DNA from: Candidatus Cryptobacteroides sp.
GTDB taxonomy: Bacteria > Bacteroidota > Bacteroidia > Bacteroidales > UBA932
Direction: 5' to 3'
DNA: 64,000 bases
Assembly (NCBI GenBank): GCA_045597895.1
Contig: JAZLLA010000053.1
Span: 24,988 to 88,987 of the forward strand
A program made the translations under genes and the position numbers. Numbering within the stretch: position 1 is the stretch's first letter; every line of letters begins with the position of its first letter. This document shows, in pieces, positions 10,649 to 20,070 of this stretch. Under the pieces are notes generated by a model that made no database searches, was not told the origin of the DNA, and was given only the letters and a program-made list of their open reading frames with translations.

Positions 10649-11257
10649 ATGAAAAGGATAATACTTACCGTTCTGGCAGCGATAATTGCCATTTCTGCAT
10701 CTGCAGGTGATTTCGGTGTAACCGCAGGTTTCACTTCATCCAAGGCTTCCTTGAAGGATATTGAACTCAATTCCGTCAGCCTCTATCATGTCGGTCTGAC
10801 CTACAGGCAGTCATTCCTCGGAGTGCTGGCACTTCAGCCTGAACTTCTCTATAATGTGAAGGGAACCACTCTGGACCATGGATTCAATGATGCCTCAGTC
10901 GACCTCAAGATGGGTTATCTCGAGGCTGGTCTTCAGCTTCAGGCCGGCGTTGACATCCTGATCGCCAGACTGTATGCTCTCGTTGAGCCATATGCCGGAT
11001 ATTGTGTGAACTCAAAGATTTCAGGTTCCGATGTCAAGGCTGATTTCCTGAACAACCTCGAGTACGGAATGGCGTTCGGCGGAGGCATAGAGCTCTTGCA
11101 GAAGGTACAGGTCAGCGCCAAGTATTTCAGGAATTTCGGTGAACTCAAAGGTACAAGTGCATCGCAGATAAAGGACGATGTTTCCGGTTTTGTACATAAC
11201 GCTCTGGACAAGAGCAATTATGGCGGAGTCCAGGTGTCATTCACTTTCTTGTTCTAA
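10649..11257 (+). CDS. outer membrane beta-barrel protein (small porin/OmpW-like family)
   Basis: Signal peptide MKRIILTVLAAIIAISASA, alternating amphipathic beta-strand pattern, and C-terminal aromatic end VSFTFLF. Confidence 0.5.
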   Translation: MKRIILTVLAAIIAISASAGDFGVTAGFTSSKASLKDIELNSVSLYHVGLTYRQSFLGVLALQPELLYNVKGTTLDHGFNDASVDLKMGYLEAGLQLQAGVDILIARLYALVEPYAGYCVNSKISGSDVKADFLNNLEYGMAFGGGIELLQKVQVSAKYFRNFGELKGTSASQIKDDVSGFVHNALDKSNYGGVQVSFTFLF

Positions 11258-11269
11258 CCGGAGCCTTGT

Positions 11270-12250
11270 ATGGATAGAACCGCTGTCATAGATTTTCTGG
11301 GAGATGACTGGAAAAGGACGATGGACCTGATCCACTCGTCCCTTGACAGCGATATTTCTTTGCTTAAGACCACGAATGAGTCGATATTGAGCCATTCCGG
11401 GAAGCAGCTGCGCCCTATGCTGTCCCTTCTTGTGGCGAAAGCCTGCAGCGACGGGGATCTGAAGGATGAGAGCATCCGTTATGCCGCCGCTGTGGAACTG
11501 CTCCACAATGCCACTCTGCTTCATGATGACGTGGCTGACGCCAGCGAAACAAGGCGCGGTGCGCCTACCGTTGCATCCACTCTCGGGAGTGTCCCGTCAG
11601 TGCTCATCGGCGATTTCTGGCTTGTGAAGGCAGTGGACCTGGTCCTGAATACCGGAGCGTACGGCAACGATGTGGCGGGACTGTTCGCGCAGACTCTCCG
11701 CCATCTTGCTGAAGGGGAGATGCTTCAGCTTCAGAAAGCTTTTTGCGGGGATACATCCGAGTCGGATTATTTTAAAATCATCTTCTCCAAGACGGCATCC
11801 CTTTTCGAGGCGGCCTGCCGCTCTGCCGCGATGTCTGTCGATGCTCCGGAGCCTGTACGCAAGGCGGTGGGGGAGTATGCGGTCAAACTGGGTCTCGCCT
11901 TCCAGATCAAGGATGATATTCTCGATTATGAGGGGGGCGATATCGGAAAGCCTGTCGGAGTGGACTTGAAGGAGCAGAAGATCACCCTGCCCTTGCTGGG
12001 GGCTTTCCACAACGCACCTGACGGGACTGAGAGGCTTGTGAGGCAGATGGTCTGCGGGATTCCGCAGCATCCGGAAAATGTAGAAAGGATCATTACGTTC
12101 GTAAAGGAATACAACGGAATGGAGTATGCCGTTGAAAAGCTCCATTCTCTGTGCGATGATGCGGCTGCGGCGCTGTCCGTCCTTCCGGACAGCCGCGCTA
12201 AGGAATACTTGAAGGATCTTGCATATTATACTGCTGACAGGAAGAAATGA
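11270..12250 (+). CDS. polyprenyl diphosphate synthase (trans-isoprenyl, long-chain type)
   Basis: First aspartate-rich motif LLHDDVAD, second FQIKDDILDY, and the GK.VG.DL motif. Confidence 0.85.
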   Translation: MDRTAVIDFLGDDWKRTMDLIHSSLDSDISLLKTTNESILSHSGKQLRPMLSLLVAKACSDGDLKDESIRYAAAVELLHNATLLHDDVADASETRRGAPTVASTLGSVPSVLIGDFWLVKAVDLVLNTGAYGNDVAGLFAQTLRHLAEGEMLQLQKAFCGDTSESDYFKIIFSKTASLFEAACRSAAMSVDAPEPVRKAVGEYAVKLGLAFQIKDDILDYEGGDIGKPVGVDLKEQKITLPLLGAFHNAPDGTERLVRQMVCGIPQHPENVERIITFVKEYNGMEYAVEKLHSLCDDAAAALSVLPDSRAKEYLKDLAYYTADRKK

Positions 12251-13332
12251 TCTTTGATGAAATACGGGGAAACGAAGATGTGAAGCGTGCCCTTGCCGGA
12301 ATGATCGACAGCGGCCGCATCCCTCACGCCATCATGCTCTATGAGAATGACGGCTGCGGTGCCATCTCCCTTGCCCTCGGATTCCTTGAAAGGCTTACCG
12401 GATCCCAGAAGGTCCGCAAGCTCATCCATCCTGACATCCATTTCATCTTTCCAGTCACCAAGGGAAGCAAGGTATCCACTGACAAGCCCACTTCCGAGTC
12501 GTACCTGACCTATTGGCGCGAGCTTGTGAGCGGTAACCCGTATTTCCTCGAGAGCGACCTCGGTGATGCTCTCGGCATAGAGGGCAAGTCCTCCCTGATA
12601 GCCATTGCGGAGGCGAAATTCATCATAGACAAGCTTTCCTTCCATTCGCTGGAGGGCGGCTGGAAGGCCGTGGTGGTCTATCTTCCCGAGAAAATGAACA
12701 AGGATACGGCGAACCGCCTGCTCAAGAGCATCGAGGAGCCGCCGGAGAAAACCCAGTTTATCTTCATCACCCACGCTCCCGAGAAGGTGCTGACGACCAT
12801 TTCTTCGAGATGCCAGGGTATCCGTGTGCTGCCATTGTCCCGTGAGGAGGTGGCTGCGGAGCTGGTGGAGCGTTTCGAACGGTCTGAAGAGCAGGCACGG
12901 GTGGCTGCGGAGCTGTCAGGCGGGAGCGTCGGGAAGGCATTGTCATATCTGGGAGCGGCGGAGGAGGTCGGGCAGGAGTTCGAGCTTTTCACTTCTCTGA
13001 TGCGCTCGCTGCTGGCGAAGGACCTTCTGGCCGCACAGGATGTCGCTGAGGCTCTGGCCTCGCTTCCTTCGCGCGAGAAGGCGAAAGCGTTCTGCAGCTA
13101 TGCGTCCGAGGGATTCAGGAAGGTCTTCATGGTCCAGCAGGGGCTGCCGCAGCTGGCGGGGATGTCGGCCCAGGAGGGCCCGGTGTTCGAGGGATATGCT
13201 TCGAAGCTGCGCAAATCGTTCTCCAGGAGTGCGGAACCGCTTCTGGACAGGGCTCAGTTCCTGATAGAAAGGAATATAAATCTTAAAATAATGTTCTGTG
13301 ACTTGGTCAACAGACTGTATACATTGGTATAA
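12247..13332 (+). CDS. holB: DNA polymerase III delta-prime subunit-like clamp-loader protein
   Basis: AAA+ clamp-loader pattern: RIPHAIMLYENDGCG, KAVVVYLPEKMN..ANRLLKSIEEPP..TQFIFIT, TISSRCQ. 4-nt overlap with the upstream gene. Confidence 0.65.
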   Translation: MIFDEIRGNEDVKRALAGMIDSGRIPHAIMLYENDGCGAISLALGFLERLTGSQKVRKLIHPDIHFIFPVTKGSKVSTDKPTSESYLTYWRELVSGNPYFLESDLGDALGIEGKSSLIAIAEAKFIIDKLSFHSLEGGWKAVVVYLPEKMNKDTANRLLKSIEEPPEKTQFIFITHAPEKVLTTISSRCQGIRVLPLSREEVAAELVERFERSEEQARVAAELSGGSVGKALSYLGAAEEVGQEFELFTSLMRSLLAKDLLAAQDVAEALASLPSREKAKAFCSYASEGFRKVFMVQQGLPQLAGMSAQEGPVFEGYASKLRKSFSRSAEPLLDRAQFLIERNINLKIMFCDLVNRLYTLV

Positions 13333-14592
13333 ATGGAAGACAACAAGAATAATGAGGCCGTCTGGTTCGACTGCAGCCGCGGATGCTCCACGACAGTCAA
13401 TCCTCAGACAAGCGAAATAGAATGCAACTATCGTCAGGGCTGCTGCAAGCTCAAGGACTACAACTGGTTGAGCGGCGTGCCTGCGACCGAGTGCACCGAT
13501 CTCTTCGAGGTCCGTTTCAAGAACACCAGGAAGGGAATCTATGTCAATGCCTCCGGCCAGAACGTCAAAACCGGTGACCTGGTCATCGTGGAGGCCACCA
13601 ACGGCCACGACCTCGGCATCATCACGCTTGAGGGACCGGTGGTGGCACGCCAGATGAAGTGCAAGGGCATCAACCCTGAGACCACTGAGTTCAAGAAGAT
13701 CTATCGCAAGGCCCGTCAGAACGACGTCGTGAAATGGCAGGAGGCCATTGCACGCGAGCAGGATACTATGATAAAGGCCCGCCGCATAGCCGCCGAGATG
13801 GGGCTTGAGATGAAGATCGGAGACGTGGAGTTCCAGGGCGACGGTACCAAGGCGATCTTCTACTACATCGCCGACGGCCGCGTGGACTTCCGCCAGCTCA
13901 TCAAGGTCTTCGCCGAGGAGTTCAGGATCAGGATCGAGATGAAGCAGATAGGCGCCCGCCAGGAGGCCGGCCTTATCGGAGGCCTCGGAGTCTGCGGCCG
14001 CGAGCTCTGCTGTGCGAACTATATCACCAACTTCCAGTCCATCACCACTTCCGCTGCGCGTTGCCAGGATCTCTCGCTGAATCCTCAGAAGCTCGCGGGT
14101 CAGTGCGGAAAGCTGAAGTGCTGCCTGAACTATGAGGTAGCGACATATCTTGACGCCCAGTCCCGCATCCCTAGAGTGAGCGAGCCTCTCGAGTTCGAAG
14201 ACGGGCAGGCGTTCCTTATGAAGACTGATATCCTTCGCGAAGTGATGTACTTCTCATATGACAAGTCTTCACTGTCGAATCTGTTCGCGCTTGACGCCAG
14301 CGAGGTCCGTGAGATAATCAAGATGAACCGCAACGGCATCAAGCCGGAGTCCCTCCAGACAGAGCCGGAGCCTGTTGCGCCCGAGTTCATCACATCCGTC
14401 GGCGATGACAGCATCACCCGCTTCGACCATCCTGAACGCAAGAAAGGGCGGGGCAGAGGTCGCGGCAAGGGTGGCAATGGCGGCAATGGCAACGGTGGCA
14501 ACAACCGGGGCCGTGGCAACGGCCATCGCGGTTCGCGCCAGGGCGGCCGTCAGGGTGGCAAACCTGAAAACAAACCGGAGAACAAGCAGTAG
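13333..14592 (+). CDS. PSP1 domain protein (RicT/YaaT-like) with a Gly/Arg/Asn-rich tail
   Basis: PSP1 core EFQGDGTKAIFYYIADGRVDFRQLIKVFAEEFRIRIEMKQIGARQ. Cys clusters CGRELCC and KLKCCL. C-terminal KKGRGRGRGKGGNGGNGNGGNNRGRGNGHRGSRQGGRQGG. Confidence 0.75.
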   Translation: MEDNKNNEAVWFDCSRGCSTTVNPQTSEIECNYRQGCCKLKDYNWLSGVPATECTDLFEVRFKNTRKGIYVNASGQNVKTGDLVIVEATNGHDLGIITLEGPVVARQMKCKGINPETTEFKKIYRKARQNDVVKWQEAIAREQDTMIKARRIAAEMGLEMKIGDVEFQGDGTKAIFYYIADGRVDFRQLIKVFAEEFRIRIEMKQIGARQEAGLIGGLGVCGRELCCANYITNFQSITTSAARCQDLSLNPQKLAGQCGKLKCCLNYEVATYLDAQSRIPRVSEPLEFEDGQAFLMKTDILREVMYFSYDKSSLSNLFALDASEVREIIKMNRNGIKPESLQTEPEPVAPEFITSVGDDSITRFDHPERKKGRGRGRGKGGNGGNGNGGNNRGRGNGHRGSRQGGRQGGKPENKPENKQ

Positions 14593-14601
14593 GGTGATTT
14601 C

Positions 14602-15096
14602 ATGAGATCAGGATTCCTGAACCGTATATTGGTGCTGCTGGTGGTGCTGCTGACAGCTTTTTCCTGCCGCGAGCCTGACACACAGGAGTGTTTCATCCCT
14701 TCGTCAGCTTTGGGTAGCGACGGGCTGTATCATTTCTCTGTGGACCTTTCTGATTCACTGGCGCTGTCCTATGACATTTCGTTCTATTCCAGAATAGATG
14801 GCAGCAGTTTGAAGATCGATGCTGCAAAGGATTTCCCTATGCTTGTCACCTGGGTTTCCCCTTCGGGACAGAGATATGGGGAAAAAGTCTATTTCGGTCT
14901 TCACGAGCCTTCGGAGGGGTCTGTTTTCTATTCCAGCCAGTACCGTATGCTGTATCTGAAGGACTTCCTTCCGAAGCATCGGGGTGTCTGGGGGCTTGAT
15001 GTGCGTGTGGACTGTCCCAGGAGCCTTTCCGGTTTCCGGGGACTGGGTATGATTTGTAAAACGAACAGAGAGGATGGGACACAAGAAACTGATTAA
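14602..15096 (+). CDS. small lipoprotein, probably GldH-like
   Basis: Lipobox LLTAFSC, 164 aa. It sits directly after holB-PSP1, as gldH does in other Bacteroidota. The call rests on synteny and size, not on a sharp motif. Confidence 0.45.
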   Translation: MRSGFLNRILVLLVVLLTAFSCREPDTQECFIPSSALGSDGLYHFSVDLSDSLALSYDISFYSRIDGSSLKIDAAKDFPMLVTWVSPSGQRYGEKVYFGLHEPSEGSVFYSSQYRMLYLKDFLPKHRGVWGLDVRVDCPRSLSGFRGLGMICKTNREDGTQETD

Positions 15097-15886
15097 GTTC
15101 GCTCAGAACGAGACATTCAAATGTTTGCTTCAGCCTTCTGCGGAGGAACTTCTTGCGGACGGGTATTTCCACCTTCGCGACCATTCCATCAAGGGGCGTT
15201 GGAACGAACTTATGTTCGACAGGCCGCGGCCGATAGTGCTGGAGCTTGGTTGCGGCAAGGGAGAGTATACCATCGATCTGGCCGAGCGCAATCCTGAGTT
15301 CAATTATATCGGTGTGGATATCAAGGGCGCGCGGCTTTGGAAGGGGGCAAAATATGCGACCGAGCACAGTCTGGGCAACGTCGCTTTCCTGCGTACGCGC
15401 ATCGAGTTCATCACCGCTTTCTTTGCTCCGGGGGAGGTGTCGGAGATATGGTTGACCTTTTCGGATCCTCAGTTCAAGAGTGAGAACAGCCGCCTGACTT
15501 CTCCTGTGTTCCTGGAGAAGTACCGTTCGTTCCTGGCTCCGGGTGGCATTGTCCATCTGAAGACTGACAGCCGTTTCCTCTATGAATATTCTTCCGCCGT
15601 AGTCAGTGCCAACTCTCTCCGTACCCTCGCATCCACTACAGACCTCTACGGCACGCCACATTTCGAGGGTAAAGATGCGCTGTATGAGGTGCAGACGTTC
15701 TATGAGAAGATGTTCCTGCAGCAGGGATACAAGATCACCTATCTTGAGTTCTGCATAGACCATGAGGGACCGTACGTGAGTCCCGAGTGGGACGAGGACT
15801 ACTGGCGCAGCGTCGAGGGACCGCGCCTCCTTTTCGGCCACGACTCCGCCGAAACCCGCCGTCAGAAGCTAAAAGCCGAAGACTAG
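15074..15886 (+). CDS. trmB: tRNA (guanine-N7)-methyltransferase
   Basis: SAM-binding LELGCGKGEYTIDLAE, the LTFSDPQFK motif (equivalent to the FPDPW motif), and YIGVDIKG. Confidence 0.85.
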   Translation: MGHKKLIKFAQNETFKCLLQPSAEELLADGYFHLRDHSIKGRWNELMFDRPRPIVLELGCGKGEYTIDLAERNPEFNYIGVDIKGARLWKGAKYATEHSLGNVAFLRTRIEFITAFFAPGEVSEIWLTFSDPQFKSENSRLTSPVFLEKYRSFLAPGGIVHLKTDSRFLYEYSSAVVSANSLRTLASTTDLYGTPHFEGKDALYEVQTFYEKMFLQQGYKITYLEFCIDHEGPYVSPEWDEDYWRSVEGPRLLFGHDSAETRRQKLKAED

Positions 15887-15999
15887 GCTCCTACGCCCTT
15901 CTGTGGCCATCATTCATCTTGCTTCCCGGCTTCCGCATATTGATACAACATCATGATATATGATGTCCCAACGAAAGACTCGGAACGGGCATCGCCTTT

Positions 16000-16113
16000 C
16001 TACGGCCTTGCATGGCGTATTGCTGCTCCAAGTGCCACTTTTTTTCTGGTATACGGATCACGTACTTGGCTCTCGCCCATATCTGTGGCTCATTCCTGTT
16101 CCAAGCCATTCGC
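16000..16113. repeat. 114-bp direct repeat, copy 1 (flanks the HUH gene)
   Basis: Aligns base by base with 17157-17270 with 4 mismatches (110/114) and no gaps. Confidence 0.9.
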
Positions 16114-16123
16114 GGAGAAAAAT

Positions 16124-17125
16124 ATGCAGAATGATATAATTCTAAAATATACCCCTATCTTCCCGATTGTTCAATTAGTTGGACCTATTATTTTAGCATA
16201 TGAAACAATGTGGGAAGATATGGAAGAGGAACCAATTGAGATCATTCATTTTCATTCGGACGGAAAACAGGCGCCGGGCCTTCATTTGTCGAAATCAGAT
16301 TTCGCTGCGTCCTTGAACAGGACGGCTGTTTGTGCTGCGGAGTTTCCGGATGTCACGATTGTGGCTTTTGATATTGAGGACACGCATTTTCATTTTGTAT
16401 TGAAATGTCGCAGGTCCAGAGGGTGGCTTATGATAGCTCTTTTCACTAAAATGACACATCGATATCTTTCTGAAACACGTGATGATGGATCATTCGATGG
16501 AAAAGTTGTATTCAGCGAAGACATTGTGGACACTGATGACTATTGCCAGAATGTCTGTGCATATACCGTTATTCAGCCAACAAAGGATGGGCAGCAGATA
16601 ATGCCGTTTGATTATCCGTGGGGATCCGGTCCTCTGTACTTCAGGTCTGAAAAGGTTATTCCTGTGTGGTTTGTGGACAGGGACGGGAAGGTGCAAACCC
16701 CTATGGCCATGGGCTCCCTTACGTCAAGGATGCGGAAGAAGTGGTTCCATACGCAGAAAAGTTTGCCTGGTAATTGGCTGGTTTGCAATGGACTGATTCT
16801 TCCGTCAAATTATGTTGATGTCAAACTGTGCGAGAGTATCTTCGGCACTTATAACAATTATCGGTATTGTTTGGCAAGAGCAAATGCGGATGAAGTGAAA
16901 AGAAGAATGGCCAGGGCCCGTGGGGTTTCCCTGCCCGATATTGAGATGCGGAGAGTCTGCATGGAGAAATGTTTTCAGGTATTTCATAAGAAGATGGTCC
17001 GTGAGCTGAATTCGATGGAGCGTCTTGAACTGGCCCGCCTGTTGCGGAAGCAGTACGTGATATCACATGCCCAATTGTCCAGACTGGTCCATATGCCATT
17101 GGAAGAAATCGAGAGATACATATAG
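16124..17125 (+). CDS. HUH / Y1 transposase-like protein (IS200/RAYT-like) with a C-terminal HTH-like tail
   Basis: His-hydrophobic-His in DIEDTHFHFVLK, and a downstream Tyr in NVCAYTVIQP at the position expected for the catalytic Tyr. Helix-rich tail ERLELARLLRKQYVISHAQLSRLV. AT-richer than its neighbours. The start is taken at the first ATG after repeat copy 1. Confidence 0.4.
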   Translation: MQNDIILKYTPIFPIVQLVGPIILAYETMWEDMEEEPIEIIHFHSDGKQAPGLHLSKSDFAASLNRTAVCAAEFPDVTIVAFDIEDTHFHFVLKCRRSRGWLMIALFTKMTHRYLSETRDDGSFDGKVVFSEDIVDTDDYCQNVCAYTVIQPTKDGQQIMPFDYPWGSGPLYFRSEKVIPVWFVDRDGKVQTPMAMGSLTSRMRKKWFHTQKSLPGNWLVCNGLILPSNYVDVKLCESIFGTYNNYRYCLARANADEVKRRMARARGVSLPDIEMRRVCMEKCFQVFHKKMVRELNSMERLELARLLRKQYVISHAQLSRLVHMPLEEIERYI

Positions 17126-17156
17126 GATAGATAGACTTGGAACAGACATCGTTGTC

Positions 17157-17270
17157 CTACGGCCTTGCATGGCGTATCGATGCTCCAAGTGCCACTTTTT
17201 TTCTGGTATACGGATCACGTACTTGGCTCTCGCCCATCTCTGTGGCCCATTCCTGTTCCAAGCCATTCGC
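17157..17270. repeat. 114-bp direct repeat, copy 2
   Basis: See copy 1; same orientation, 1157 bp downstream. Confidence 0.9.
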
Positions 17271-17446
17271 AGAGTGAGGGGAGATGCGGCATGAGCGTGG
17301 ACGGTGATGCTGGGGCACGGCAGGCATCAGGAGAGCCGACGGGCAGGAATGTGATATGGCCGGATGGTCAGGTAATATGTGAGGTCAAGGCAATCAGAGG
17401 AACCGGGTCTGGAATATGGAGCAGAGCGAATGACCAGTAGCAGGCG

Positions 17447-18778
17447 TCAAAAGCCGGGGAGGGAGAGGAGAACTGTGGGGATGAGAAGGAGGAAGCCTAG
17501 GGCCAGGAGGATCAGGACGTACCTCCATATCCAGCGTATCCATCGTGTGTAAGGGACCTTGGCCATGGCGAGGGCGGCGATGAGCACGCCCGAGGTGGGG
17601 GTGATCATATTGGTGAAACCGTCACCGAACTGGAAGGCGAGTACGGTGGCCTGGCGGCTGAGGCCGATGATGTCGGAGAAAGGTGCCATTATCGGCATCG
17701 TGATGGCGGCCTTGGCTGTGGCTGAAGGAATCAGCAGGTTTATGATGGCCTGGAGGCCGTACATTGCGGAAAGCGAAGCCAGAGGCGAACTTTCGCCCAG
17801 GTTGCTTTCGAGGGAGTGCAGTAAGGTGTCCATTATCCGGCCGTCCTGAAGGATGATGACTATTCCTGAGGCGAGACCCACGACCAATGCGGCGGAGAGG
17901 ATGTCCTTGGCCCCTGCGATGAATTCGTCAGCAATCCTGTTCGCGGAGTATCCTGCTGCGACGCCGCAGAGGATGCCCATCCCGAGGAACAGCGCCGAAA
18001 TCTCGGCCATATACCATTTCCAGCATACCACGCCCACTATCAGCATAATCACAGTTACCAGTAGAATCCCCAAAATCCATTTGTGGCGTCCTGTCATTTC
18101 AGCGGTTTCCTCATCCGCTGTATGTAAGGCGGGAGCCTCCTTCTTCACCCGCGACGCGTAGAAGAGGGTGAAGGTTATGAGCAATGCAGTGAGCACAGCC
18201 CAGCAGACGATGCGGTATTCCATACCGGAGAACATCGGCAGGCCGGACATTTCCTGTGCGATGCCCACCGTGAAAGGGTTCAGGAACGCGCTCGAGAAGC
18301 CTATGTTCGAAGCCACGTACACTACTAGCAGGCCCACGAGGGCATCATATCCCATCGAAATGGCCAGCGGCACGACTATCCCTACAAACGGAATCGTCTC
18401 CTCGCTCATCCCGAAGACTGCACCGCCCAGCGAGAACAATATGGCAATGCCTGCGAGGACAAGCCTGTCCCGCTTGCCGACGGCGCGGATGAACCGGCGG
18501 ATGCCGGAGTCCACCGCGCCGGTGGAGTTCAGCAGCCAGAACGCGCCTCCGACGATGAGGATGAAGACAATGATGCCTGCCTGCTTGATGAATCCGTTGT
18601 AAAGTGCGGAGAAGACCTGCCAGGTCTGAGGGACGGAACCGACCTTCTCGAACTGCGGCGCGGACTGCCCGTCAGTGATGTAATGCCCTCCCGGGACAAT
18701 CCAGGTGGCGATGGCGCTCAAAAGTATGAGTGCGGCTATGATGACGTAAGTATTCGGGAAGGCCTTCTTCTTCTTCAT
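17447..18778 (-). CDS. YfcC/DcuC-type anaerobic carrier family membrane transporter
   Basis: 443 aa with about 11-12 hydrophobic helices. The layout and motifs (GGAFWLLNSTGA, FQFGDGFTNMITPTSG) resemble YfcC-family carriers. Confidence 0.65.
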   Translation of the reverse strand: MKKKKAFPNTYVIIAALILLSAIATWIVPGGHYITDGQSAPQFEKVGSVPQTWQVFSALYNGFIKQAGIIVFILIVGGAFWLLNSTGAVDSGIRRFIRAVGKRDRLVLAGIAILFSLGGAVFGMSEETIPFVGIVVPLAISMGYDALVGLLVVYVASNIGFSSAFLNPFTVGIAQEMSGLPMFSGMEYRIVCWAVLTALLITFTLFYASRVKKEAPALHTADEETAEMTGRHKWILGILLVTVIMLIVGVVCWKWYMAEISALFLGMGILCGVAAGYSANRIADEFIAGAKDILSAALVVGLASGIVIILQDGRIMDTLLHSLESNLGESSPLASLSAMYGLQAIINLLIPSATAKAAITMPIMAPFSDIIGLSRQATVLAFQFGDGFTNMITPTSGVLIAALAMAKVPYTRWIRWIWRYVLILLALGFLLLIPTVLLSLPGF

Positions 18779-18783
18779 AGGCC

Positions 18784-19581
18784 TCAGACTTGGGTCCAGT
18801 GGATGGTGATGCCGTCGCGCTCCATTCCTCTGAACCAGGTCATCTGACGCTTGGCGAACTGGTGGATGGCGTTTGAAAGCAGGGTGAAGAGCTCTTCTTC
18901 CGAGAGTATCCCCAGGATGTGCTGCGTGACGAACTTGTATTCCAGACCGTAATATATCAGGTCTTCGGCAGCGATTCCGCTGTCCAGGAGCCCTTTGACT
19001 TCATCCACGAGCCCTTCCTTCAGGCGGGCGCGCAGGCGCGCGTCGATTTTCGCGTTCCGAGTGTCGCGGTCCACGAGGGTGCCGATGTAGTATGTGCTGT
19101 GTGGAAGGAGAGTGGGATCGACGGTAGGATTGTCCTTGTTGAAGTCGTATCCGCAGGTGGCGGCTTCGATGTAGAGGCCGGTTCCTCCGCAGAGGACGGG
19201 CACGCATCCGCGCTGACGGATATCCTGGTACACCTTTACGAAATCCTTCTGGTACTCATAGACATTGTATTTCGCCCCGGCGGGCTGGATGTCTATCATA
19301 TGGTAGGGGATCTCTCCGTATTCGCAGAGGTCCTTGCCCGTGCCTATGTCCATTCCGCGGTAGACCTGCCGTGAGTCGGCGGATATGATCTCTGCACTGA
19401 GGCCCATTCCGTTGAGGCAGCGTGCGAGCTGCACCGCATAGCGGGTCTTTCCCGAAGCGGTCGGGCCGAGGACGCAGACCAGGTCGCAGGAGCCGGAGCG
19501 CAGGGCATCGGCGATGGCATTGATATCGATGTCTTCGCTCTGCGGGAGTTCCGCGGTCATGGGGATATGGATCTTTGGCAT
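18784..19581 (-). CDS. miaA: tRNA dimethylallyltransferase
   Basis: P-loop GPTASGKT, SADSRQVYRGMDIGTGK, and the HH-type motif IPYHMID. At 265 aa it is somewhat short for MiaA. Confidence 0.8.
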   Translation of the reverse strand: MPKIHIPMTAELPQSEDIDINAIADALRSGSCDLVCVLGPTASGKTRYAVQLARCLNGMGLSAEIISADSRQVYRGMDIGTGKDLCEYGEIPYHMIDIQPAGAKYNVYEYQKDFVKVYQDIRQRGCVPVLCGGTGLYIEAATCGYDFNKDNPTVDPTLLPHSTYYIGTLVDRDTRNAKIDARLRARLKEGLVDEVKGLLDSGIAAEDLIYYGLEYKFVTQHILGILSEEELFTLLSNAIHQFAKRQMTWFRGMERDGITIHWTQV

Positions 19582-19617
19582 AGGGAGTGTTGGTGGTCAG
19601 TGTCGGTGGAACGGGGG

Positions 19618-20067
19618 TCAGCCTCGCTCCATTTCGCGCCTGATGTCTTTTTCCTTGATGGTCTGGCGCTTGTCGTATTCCTTCTTTCCCTTGGCCAGGG
19701 CGATGTGGAGCTTGGCGTAGCCGTTGTCGGCGATGTAGGCGCGGACGGCTATGATTGTGAGGCCCTTCTGCTTGACCGCCTGCTGGAGGTGGCGCAGTTC
19801 GCGCTTGGTCAGAAGGAGTTTGCGGTCGCGGGCTGGCTCGTGGGCGTTCCAGGAACCCCAGAAGTAGGTGGAGATGTTCATTCCCTTGACATAGAGCTCA
19901 CCGTTCACGAAATAGCAGAAGGAGTCCGCAAGCGAGGCTTTTCCCATACGCAGGCTCTTGATTTCGGTGCCGACCAGCACAATGCCGGCTTCGTACGTCT
20001 CGAGGAACTCGTAGTCGTGCGAAGCCCGGCGGTTGTTGATCTGTATCTTGCTCTTTGCCTTAGGCAT
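19618..20067 (-). CDS. smpB: SsrA-binding protein
   Basis: 149 aa with [36 protein letters not shown] and [13 protein letters not shown]. Confidence 0.9.
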   Translation of the reverse strand: MPKAKSKIQINNRRASHDYEFLETYEAGIVLVGTEIKSLRMGKASLADSFCYFVNGELYVKGMNISTYFWGSWNAHEPARDRKLLLTKRELRHLQQAVKQKGLTIIAVRAYIADNGYAKLHIALAKGKKEYDKRQTIKEKDIRREMERG

Positions 20068-20070
20068 ATT

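Noticed and set aside
15953-16123. 57-aa N-terminal extension of the HUH ORF
   Set aside because: This stretch is the noncoding 114-bp direct repeat. Its second copy is read in a different frame, so the gene more likely starts at ATG 16124 or later.
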